A stretch of 64,000 nucleotides of DNA from Octopus sinensis (Eukaryota). Made by a program: the position numbers and the translations under genes. Shown in pieces: positions 1 through 11,697 of this stretch. The stretch is taken from contig NC_042997.1 of assembly GCF_006345805.1 (NCBI RefSeq), positions 81,282,001-81,346,000 on the forward strand, written 5' to 3'. The notes under the pieces are model-generated. The model had not been told where the DNA came from. It searched no databases and saw nothing but the letters and a program-made list of their open reading frames with translations. Numbering within the stretch: position 1 is the first letter of the stretch; each line of letters starts with the position of its first letter.

Positions 1-1142
1 AGAACAAACTTATTGGAGCACAGATGACTCGTACAACAAATCCTCATATTTTCAGTATTATGGATTAGACCATGGATTTTAAATTATTGGCATGAACACC
101 AGCAGTACATCTTGACCTCTCTTAGATGCTCTATCACTAACCAAGAAAAAACTGTCCATTTATGAAAGGACAGTGGGATAGAAAAATTAGGTATACTTCC
201 AGCCACACACACTAAGAGCAAACTTACAATATGGGGTATCAAAGAATGAAAGATTTAGTTCAACTTGTCCTAATCTAAATTTTTTTAAATCTGTTTTAGT
301 TAGAAACCTGTCAAATTTTTCAAACTAAAACAGCCTATAGAAGATTTTAAAATCTACTTGCATAGAAACCAAAACCTCCACTCTTTGCAAAACTTTGTAC
401 ATTGATAAATATACACATAACACTGAATCTTTCAGGTTGTCTACACAGCATTTATTTCGTGATCTTGACATCTAAAATATAAGCTTTAATCATTAGAAAC
501 CCAAACAGAAATTATTAAAAACCCTTTTGTTACCAAAATGCAGGTGCCAAGTTTAATATCAATGCATTAAAAATAAATGGAGCATTACCAAGCTTAGAAA
601 GCAAAAAACTATGTTAAAACTGCTAACATAATGGTTACTGACTATGATGTGCAGGAACTGAACTTATTTCAATAAAACTTTTGTTTTTAATATACAATTG
701 AAATATTAAGCCAGAGAGCTCATATACTTCAATTTGGCAAGTTCTAAATGTTCAGATGTCACTTTTACTAACAGCATATATTTTAAAATTTGGCAAAATT
801 TTACTCATCCAAACATTTAGCTTTTACTTTGGTTTAACTATACAGAGCAGCATGTCATTTCATATACCAAATTATTGGACTGAACAATTACACTGGATAA
901 AAATTCTAAATTGTGAAATGACTTTTGCAGTTTTAATCCAAAAAACTAAATAAGGGTTAGTAATAGTAAAATCAAGACTATACAAGAATACCGTAGCACA
1001 TCAAGTTAAAGCTTATATGGTAACAATAGAGTTTAAAATAATGGGTCTATTGTACTTCACATTGATAAGCAATTCCAAAAGTATTTCCATATGGAACATT
1101 CAAGTGGAGTTGTCATGCGAATTTAAGGAAAACAAAACTTAC

Positions 1143-1231
1143 GGGGAGAAAATGATCTGGAACGGGACCTAGAGTAACGACTTCCACTGCGTCGATAGTA
1201 AGGAGATGGAGAACGTTTACCTCTGCCTTCT
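1143..1231 (-). CDS. tra2: tra2 RS2 exon ([30 protein letters not shown]), 89 nt, phase 2 to 1
   Basis: aatgtttcag acceptor, RSPSPYY motif typical of TRA2 RS2, donor C|gtaagt. Confidence 0.92.
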
Positions 1232-4200
1232 CTGAAACATTAAATTGGAACCAAGTGAAGCAACATAAAAACAAACTTGTAAAACTAATGCTGAAAAATC
1301 AAGCAAAACAATGTATTAAAGGTTTAGGTGTAAGAAGATACTTACGAAGTTGGTTTCCCTAAGTAAATACCAGGTGTTGGAGTATGAGCTCTTTCTGTAA
1401 TGGAATAGTCAACTCTAATTCTTCGACCATCAACTTCTATTCCGTTGCACCTATCTTTCGCCTGAAATAAAATACAAAAAAAACCTAAGTATGAGCCTAT
1501 ATACATGTATAGGAGCTTTTAACAATTAACATAGATACACCTAAAGTATAAACAGAAACTAAATGCATTTAAACATGCTAGAAGTAAACAGTCTCCATAA
1601 CCATCCTCAACTGAAAAATTCATTGTAGATATGAGAATCATCACATGATCAGGTCGCATATCAGTCAAAAATGTATAAATGAAGGTTGTCATATGAAAGT
1701 TATATAAAATTACAGCAATATAGACAATACCAAATGAAATTTTTAGAATAAACTGCTAACTGGTTTTGATTATAGAGTTCATGAATTATGACTTACCTCC
1801 ATGGCATTGTGTGTGGCTCTAAAATACACAAAGGCAAAGCCTCGTGATCTGCCAGACTACAAAAAAAATGAATACATAATATTCTTAAAATTATTTCAGA
1901 CATCATTCATTGCGCACACAAAATTCCTAGCTTAAAGGTTTCGTTTTAAAAATTTGAATGAATCAAAATGTATGACTTTTTTTTTTTCACTAAAACTAGA
2001 ACTGCTCAATCTCAGACATTTTAATGCTTTATTTCCTGCATTACTGATTCTACAAAGTGAAACAACTACATCTTTTTCAACATCTAAATTTCATGTTCAG
2101 ACTGTTTCTATCTGACCATTTTAAATTTATGATTTAGCATTAGAGACTGAATGGAAATGATTGTCAAAGCAGCAAATAACAAAAATGTATCCAGGGTAAC
2201 ACACGGTAGACTGCCAACAGTTTCAATTTTCAACTGTATACAAAAAAACTGCACCTGACTCACTTTAATTCCAATTCAAATGTTCTACAAGAGTGAAAAC
2301 TAATGCATTACGTGAACAAAGTCAAATTGAATTATTATACTGTAAATACCAGAAAGGGCATTTTTATTGGCAAATAATTCATTCCATATGGCAACATCCA
2401 AGATCACAATTTTAACATGGATTTTGAAGTTAGATCAGTATTTCTATATACAAAACACCAATAGCATGATAGTGAACACTATAATGCCAAGTCCTACTAC
2501 CAACTAAAAATATTTTCTATTGATAAAGGTTTGACATGCCTTTCTCCACATCAGGTAAGCCCACAAGGGTGGTAAGATATTGCTGGGGTTTTAATGTTTA
2601 TCTAGTGCAAGTAAGTTCAATGAAAGTTACACCAGATATAGCAGGCCAGACATTAACCCTTTAGTTACTATATTTCTGACCAAAATATACCCCTCATGAG
2701 TTTCAATTAAATTCTAAAATAATCATGAATTTAGGCTTGTTTCATTAAATAACTAACTTTTTTACTTAACATTTTGATAAAGCAGAATTGTGCACATCAC
2801 TAGATCATCAGTTGAATTTAATGCACAACAGAACAGGTGTACCATAAAGGTGGAATGAACTGAAATATTGGAATCCACCTAAATCCACAGCAAGTTTGAC
2901 CGAACTAAAGAAATCGGTCAAAAAATAATATACGGCCCTGGTTATGGTAGTGATAAATTCCAGACCACATCGTTCCCTAGGTCATTATTTTCCCTGTATA
3001 AAAACTAGATCCACAGCAGTACCCAGTATTTTGCTTCACAAATTTTCCAAACTTTGATTCCCCATTTCGTGTTTTTTTACATTCTGCGAAATAGTTTGTT
3101 TCCGAAGTGATCGCTTCAAACAAGCATACTGAAAGAAAAGTCTAATGGTTTCGCTTCCTAAGAAAGACTATAGATAAACTATCCATCTTCTCAGAAAAAT
3201 TGCTAATAAAAATATTTTTTTAATTTTTATTTCATTCCGATGTAAAATCGTCTTTGCTGTCGCTATCACCGCTTTGTTTCTTTGGAATCGCTGCTTTTAG
3301 AAAAAGAAATATCCTATTCATTATTGTACACCACGTGCTTTTGTACCTCATTCATTCTTTTTCTCGATATCTCCCTATTTTCCATTGAAAAAGCTTTAAA
3401 TTTGGAATCAATGCTTGATGACATGAAACTCCTATCTATTTTCAAAGTTGAAGAAAAATCGATGCCGAAAAAAATCTCCCAAAATTCACTGAGTTGAGAT
3501 ATCACATCAAGCAATGTCGGATACTATAACCCAACTATTTACAAAGTGAAATCACGTGTTTTAATGAATGTACCAACGAGATCTGAGTTCAAATTTACAT
3601 TTAAATAACAATAGGTTCTCTCAGCCAGCTTGGTAGTATGAACCAAAAATTTTTTTGGCCGGGTTAGTAACGAAAGGGTTAAGGGGCACTATAATACAAA
3701 TTTTTTTTTCTAACAATATACCAAATTGTGAAGGGCTAAAAATCAATGTGACCATCTAGTTCCAAGCAGATACAATACAGTTGAGAGCAAGGATACCCAT
3801 CTCATTTTAGCAGTTATAACAACAACAATACTCAAAAGCCACCAATTTTAAGTAGAAGGGCTTGTACTGACCACAGTACCTGACTGGCACTTTATTTTAT
3901 CAACACCAAAGGATTGAAAGGCCAAGTGTCAGAGAAAATACTGTTAGGGATATTTTCCAACACTAATGATTTTACTAAGTCACTTGTAAAATAGTTTCTA
4001 ATTCAGGCACAAGGTCTGCAATTTTCGAGTGGAAGGTGTTAATTACAAATAGTCACAAATGATCCCCAAGAGATTTGAACTGAGAATGTAAAAGAACAAA
4101 TTAAAGCATTTCCCCAATAATACTAACAATTCTGTTAAATAATAATAATCAAAAAGTGTCAAGAATTTTGTATATCAGTGAATTGAAACAATAATCTAAC

Positions 4201-7200
4201 ATGTTTAGCAAGATTACATAATGTAGAGGGGAAAGCTTTACAAAATTCTTTTTTAAATTCCTTCTGAAATGAATTATTTTCATCTACCGATACATCTGAA
4301 CTAGTGTCTTCACCTAAATTGTTAGTGTTTCAGCTACGTATAGTCATATTTGCACCTTCAAGCTTTCTAGTACCTTTTATATTCAACTTTGTTCTCAGAA
4401 TTTTAAGCTGAAACTTTCATCATTTTAGAATTTACTTTATACAAACTGGAAATGTATTTTAAGCTAGAAATATACAAACAAAAAACTTAAATATGAACCC
4501 AATTGCAAAGAACTATTGTTTTTTACAATTTACAATAAAAAACATACTAGGGAAGGTAAAAAATTATCTGCACTTTTGCCAAAACTCTTAGGTCAGCCAC
4601 AATACCTTCCGTACCTACAAAATAAAAAGGTGGTTATCTAACCAAGATTTGACTGCAATTGCTTTGTTTCTTACTTGTATTGCAGAGTGGACAATCTGCT
4701 GAGAGTGTGCACCAAGGAAGAACAGAGATCAGTGATCCGATTTCCTCTAGTCTGAAGATGTTTACATATGCTGAAATTCATCACAGGCTTTCAATACAAT
4801 ATGAGAACAGAGCTCTAATATGCAGAAGTGTGTAAGAGTGAATTAGGAAATTTTGAAATGACTGGACAAGTGGTGCAACCAGCTGAAAAACTTTTCCAGT
4901 GGAATAAACAAGCATCAAAAAGCAAGGAGCCTATGTAGAAAAATTATGTAACTGTTTAACCCGTTTTTGTTCAAATTAATTACAGAAACAAGAGTGTGTA
5001 TAATTTTTGATTTAACCACATTTTCCTATCATAAACTGGAGAAGAGAAAAATATAAAATATTACCTGTCTGTCATAGACAACCTGGACATCTTCGACTGG
5101 ACCATATCGAGTAAAAACCTCTCTGAGATCTCTTTCTTGTGTATACAAACTGAGACCAAAAACACCGAGACACCGTGAAGGCTCAGGGTTGTCCTGAAAG
5201 GAAAAATAGTGAAGAAACTAAACTGCCCATGAAAATATTTGAGGTATGTTCTCAACTATGAAAAACATTGTAAACCACTTGTTAAAATGGAAATATCATC
5301 CAATGAGCCATACTGCATGAAGATGTATAAAATGGTGTAAGTATACAATAAAGATTACTTACATAATATGGCTTTACACTTGAGTAGAACAACAATTGTG
5401 GTTATATTAATTAGTTGTAGTTCTTGATACAAATTTTGTTAACTACCAAACCAAATTTTTTTTTATATAAAAAAGACTTTTTTCCAATAGCCAAATCATG
5501 AATGAATTTATCATTCAAATATCCTAATGCTGAAGAGACTAAGCCCTTTTTAAAATATTCCGTAAAAATTCTTACGACTGAAATCAACCATAAGTGTACC
5601 AGTCACACACACAAACACACAATTAAAAAAAAAAAAGTTGCTAATGCCATAAGATGTAGTTAGTGTAACAGTTTACCTCAATGCATTACTACTTAAAACA
5701 TTAAGAGCACATCAGTGGATTGCACTTGATGCATACTCACGAATCAGGATCAATGCTTCAAAGAGCATAGGCCCTATAATTCTTTGAAATTCTAAAGCCA
5801 TGGATATTTGTAAGTGTTCCAAGAAGGATCCCCCATAACCTTGTTTTCTTCAATTTCACTTCCATACTCTGAAGTATGTTGACACCATTTTTCATTATTC
5901 ACAAGTTGTTTTGAAAATATTGTTCCAATAAACTGGAAGTGAAACCAATCATATTCTTCTAAAATCTTCACTATATTCTCAGTTCCAATTATTTTCGCTA
6001 ATCATGTCCGCTTCAGCCATATTTGATGCACACATGAAAAAAAACGGTCATATTTATTAAAATTTGTGTTGTGACAAAATTTTATGGGTACTAAGTTAGG
6101 GTTTACTCTTTTAGCATACTTAACTGAGTAGTTAAGATAGCTAATGGTGAGTCACTAATTATCATTTAAAAGCCAAACAACATAAATAACAAAGAAATAA
6201 GAATTTTCCTAAAATCCAGTATCATTGATGTTAAGACAAAGTAAACAAATACACCTAATCATAGTTTTTTTTTTTGTTTTCTTTTTTTACATAATCCAGA
6301 ATATTTAGTGCTGTGTACATATTCAACAATCAAAGCCAAATACATTGAAACTGAATTCAAAAGTATGATTGCAGCATTGTTTGCACTAATATACATGAGG
6401 ATCTTATATTTAAGATGCGTGGCATCTTAAAACTAAGATGACATAAAAGGTAAGTTCACATATCTCTAAGGAAGTAAACTTAGATTTTTTTTTTTTTAAT
6501 TCTACACAGGTTAAAATGAAAACCAACAGCTCACAGCAGCTGCTAAACTGAAAATAAGATTAGTCCTGCTGGAATATCCTACCAAGGATATCTTGTTAGG
6601 TTTTTTTTTTTTTTTTTTAAAGGAATGGGAGAAAAGGAAAAGTAAAAATAAAAAAATCATGTACCTCACTTACTCGGCTCCCACCAAGCCTGCGACGACT
6701 AGACATTGGAGATCTGCAATGGGTGCGATAATAACCACGTCTTCTGTCATTGTATCCATCTCTGTAATAGTAGGGGGAGTAGCGTCCACGACTGTAAGAA
6801 CGACTGCAAGGAGCAAGGAGCAAAAGGTACATACATATCGAGATCTACTTAAAGACACAAATCAATTGAATCTATCTAACATGTTTGATTTGTGTTTAAT
6901 TAAAACAATAACAATATATATCTTTAAAAATTACACAAAATTAAAACTAGCTTTGTCTACTCTGGGGTGGGTGGGAGGGTTAAAACAAAGTAGCTTACCT
7001 CCTGCTTCTTGAGCTGTAAGAAATAAAGTATTCAGGTCATTATTATTAAGTAAAAACCAAATTTCTTTTAAATATAAATTATCAACTGACAACAAAATAA
7101 GATTAATTAAAATACTTACTATCTACGTCTCTGTGAGTAAGGAGTTCGTGACCGAGAACGAGAACAGTACCGTCTGCTTCGACTTCTTGATCTATTACAA

Positions 7201-7618
7201 AAAGTTGATAATTGTAAATTTCAACTTTATTACCAACCTATCTGACATAAACTACTCATATTTAAATGAAAATATCAACAGATTTCATTACTGCATTAGT
7301 GATAACAATTTCACAAGATTAACATACAAGTAAAAATGCTGTCATCCATACATACAGGCTTGTCCTTTACAGATGCTGGCACCACGTAAAATGTACTCAT
7401 GCTGGTGCCATGTAATAAGCACCCTGCACACTGTAAAGTGATTGGCATCAGGAAAAGCATCCAGCCATAGAAACCATGCCACAACAGACAATTGGAGTCT
7501 AGACAGCTCCCTGACAGGCAGCCCCAGTCAAACCATCCAACCCATGCCAGCAAGGAAAACAGACAATCCATTTTTATCTAACCAAATTATACGTTTTGTC
7601 ATGTTCAAAAGCTAGTTT

Positions 7619-7655
<37 letters not shown>

Positions 7656-10600
7656 ATATAGATAGATAGATAGGTTAATAAATAACTGATTCATGGAAAC
7701 CATCAGTTTTTGATTCAGAATGCAATTGAAACAGGTGGGGAAGGAGCATATGACAATCTATTTTTAGTGCAACAGTTCAAAAAGTAAAATTTGCCAAAAA
7801 TTTAAGAGAAAATTTATTTGTTGAATGTGATGATGCCATTTTACATATTACAGTAGAGAGTGAATGCTTTGGCCCAATACTGGGAGTGGTCAATGAGTTA
7901 TGTTAATTTGGAGACCTTTGGAAATTGGATTGCACATGAAATTGAGAACAATTTACCAACTTGTGTTCAGAATTCCATTGTTATATTTATTCTTTATTGA
8001 AGTACAATTTTCAAGAATAACATATGTTCTTTGATAATCATATAATTATACATAAACTTGGTTTAAGTATTTTTCAACCACCAGTATGTTTTTTGAATTT
8101 TCTACATTGATGCTGATGAAAACCATTTTCAAGAAAATGTCAGCAATGGAGGCTCCGGATTGGCTAAAATCACACAACTTTATTAACTTCTAGAGAAAAA
8201 GTCCATTTTTGTCATCAGCGGTGTAGAAAAGTCTTCAAATTTTACTTTCAATTAGATTCCATTTTAAACTGGATCACTATATTTTAGAAATATAAAAAAA
8301 TGCTAAATCATAGAACTAAGCAAGCATTATTTGAAAAAACTAGCATATGGTAAGATTTACCTTGATCTGCTGTATGATCTCCTATGTCTATGCTTTGATC
8401 GAGATCTTGATCTAGATCTGGAACGAGATGGTGAACGTGACTGGGATCTTGATCGAGAACGAGATCGGGAGGCAGATCTCTGAGAACGAGCAGATTTTGG
8501 AGTTGGAGACCTTGAATAGGAGCGAGAGGCTTCCGACTTATGAGAACCAGATTGGTGAGATTTTTCAGATATTTTTGATTCTCTGGAGGCTGAACGGCTC
8601 CTCTGTAACAAAATAAGACAATAAAAAAAAAGTGAGACAAGCAACAACATAAAACAGTGGCAAGAACCTCTCAGGAGAGCTGAACAGCAGGTCTTAGAGA
8701 AGAAACCCAACTAAGGTAAGTGTTTCGGCCCTTAACTTCTTATGTGCTAATACAACTACAAAAGGAAATCGAGACTCATTCTAACTTTAAACAGTTTCGA
8801 TATTAAGTTTTGTTGACGCCAGAACTTAAAAACTTCCAAGACAATTTTATTGAAACAATGATCTCGAAGTACATGAAGCTATGAATAATAGCATGTAAAG
8901 CTGAAAAACTAGGATTTTAAAAAAGAAATTGAAAAGTGCCCATGGGACTGACAGCCTTTTGCATTTTCCCGTCCAAAAGGGTTTTTGAACCAAATATCTG
9001 TTTACATTTTACTATTCATAGCTTAATGTTTACAAGTACACCGCCCCCCCCCCCAAAAAAAAGGAAGTGGGGGGGGGGGAATCGACCGTAATTTTTTCAG
9101 TGGATCCTTGTTTTCAATGACAGAGACCCTAAGTATGCCAAAATCCATGTTTTTAAAATTTTCAGTTCCTCCCTCTCCACCCAAAATTCTAAAATTTTAA
9201 CTTTTTCCGAATATTTTTTTTTCAATCTACATGGAAAAGCATGGAGATTAGGAATATGGAAAAAAAGAAAATTAATTTCAATGAGGAAACTCCAAAATTG
9301 ATTCATACATCCCTTGTCACTCCATCCCGCTAACTAAAATTGAAAATGAACAGCTTGCAAATATGAAAGGCTACTAAATGTGAGAGAGCTGCCCTAATGT
9401 GAACGTGAGGGTCCAACCATTCTTCTGGGAAGCTGTTAAGAATATGAAGACTGAAAGTCCCTTGTCCATCAGGAATTATTTATAAGTGCATAAATATGTG
9501 GCGGGGGGGAATTTCGGAAAATTCACCGGAGTCCACTTCAATTCGTCTTAACTTTCAAGAAAATGGATGTTATTAATGAAATTCTATACAAATATGGACT
9601 TGTTCGGAAACACCCGCGAGTGGGGAACGGTTCTCAAAAATAACCCCCAAAATTCCAGTCCTCGGAATCTACATAGTCCGAAGTATATTTGTAGATAATT
9701 TCATTAAAAAATATTCATTTTCTTGAAAGTTAAGACGAACTGAAGTGGACTACGATGAATTTTCTGAAATTCGCAACCCTAAAACACTTTCCCCCAAAAT
9801 TTTGTATATTTGGAATCTACATGATATAAGACATATTCGTAGAAAATTCCATTAAGAAATATCCTTTTTTCTGCAAGTTACGATCATCCAAAATCGGGAG
9901 GGGGGTGCAGAAACCTGTTATGCCCAAGTAATATACCAAAATTTCATAAAACACGTTTGATATTTCATGGGGATCTTTGTATGTGGGTCAACGATTCACT
10001 CAATTTTTTTTTTATCCAAACATTCATACTCAGACAATAGAAGGGCGATGGATGTTCAAGAAGGTGATATTGTGGAGTTACTCCTTTACTTGCTTCAGTC
10101 ACTTAACTGCGGCTATGCTAAAGCACCGCCTTGAAGGACTTTAATCAAACGAAACGACCCCTTATTTTTGAAGCCTAGTACTTATTCTACTATTGCCTTT
10201 TTTTCCGAACTACTAGATTATGGGGATGTATACACCGGAACATTAGGCACTCCTTCGATATAACTCGATAAAATCAGAACATTTCACTTCGGGTATTTCC
10301 GTGGTTTGTGGAGTATAGATATAACGAAATTATGCCAATAATGTCTCATTTAAAAAAAAAAAGCCTTGAATATTTGTTCTTACCTGTTTCATTTGGTTAT
10401 GTAAAATCCGAAAATTTCCAAGCAGAAAACAGAATCGAACTGTCATTTGCTTCCACGGAAATACTCGAAGTGAAATGTTTTGATTTTGTCGAGTTATATC
10501 GAAAGAATGCCCAACATTAGTCCAAGGGTTGGGTTCAAAATTCCACCAGAACACATGAAGGCTGGAGAGTACATCAGCCGAAACTTTGTGATAACAACAA

Positions 10601-11665
10601 ACACGATGAGCATACTTATCTCTCCATTGCAAATAATGTACAGCAACAGCAGTTATAAGCAGTGACGAGGTGTCAAACAAAGATACACACTTAGACACAT
10701 ACATATATAGGCCGACATCGGAGTTAGGAAGCATTAACAAGTTGGAGTTTCTCCGTTTTGAGATTTTTCAGATTTCTTTTCACGGTGCCCTTGGAAATGA
10801 TCTGGAGCATGTTTTACAAAAATGCTCATCTTCCCTTCTCTGGAATGATTGTCGTCAATTTTGTGGGCACCATGCACTTAAAATTCAGGCATGGCTAGAT
10901 TTCGGACCCACCGACTTTGGATGATCATAACTTTAAAAAAAATGGATATTTTTTATTGAAATTTTCTACGAATGTGTTATATCATGTAGATTCCGAATAT
11001 ATTTGCGAAAATGCAAAACTGACGTATACGACATATTTCAGTGTATTTTCTCTGTTCATTCGCACGCGTATACAAGCCGTTCATTTTCACTTATAGACAA
11101 CGGGATGGGGTGGCGAGGGTGTATGAATCCATTTTGGAGTTTCCGCACAGAAAATTTGAAATTAATTTTCTTTTTTCCATATTCTTAATCTCCATATTTC
11201 CCCACTTAGATTGAAAAAAAATAAAAGTTAAAATTTTAAAATGTGGGGTGTGGAGAGGGGGATTGAAAATTTTGAAAACAAGGATTTTGGCATATTCAGA
11301 ATCTCCGTCATCGACAAAATCGAAGGAAAAAAAAAGTCGATTTTTTTCGTGTCGGTGTACTTGTAAACATGAATTTTGATGGTTATCCCCACCCAAACGA
11401 AATCGTCGTGATGACTACACAAACCGCAAATGCCACATATCCTCTATCATCAAATATTCAAATGACTTTCTTGACCAAGAAATTTACCGAATCAACTCTA
11501 CATTGAAAATTTTGGTTAATGTTTACATCTTTTATTTCCAACATATTTACATAACGTAAATTAATCATTCAAAGCCTCCTCTGCTGGTCATCCAGTTTTG
11601 ATGTCTTATTTGACACGAAAGTAACTACGGTTAAGAGTATATTTATATTTAATTCTAATTACGCT

Positions 11666-11697
<32 letters not shown>

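Noticed and set aside
320-345. Possible last tra2 exon (cttctatag|GC TGT TTT TAG giving SPRCF*)
   Set aside because: It fits phase 1 but does not resemble the usual SPRRY end and the acceptor is ordinary. The true last exon is probably outside the window.
5760-6040. Possible transposase remnant in a tra2 intron
   Set aside because: Too decayed to classify by eye.
6400-6550. Acceptor-like ctaatcttattttcag at 6548
   Set aside because: No convincing downstream donor and no conserved coding pattern.
8603-8710. In-frame upstream extension of exon 2 in the ORF track (MGFFSKTCC...)
   Set aside because: It is the polypyrimidine tract read through without a stop. An upstream acceptor (tctaag|ACC) would be in frame but has no further support.
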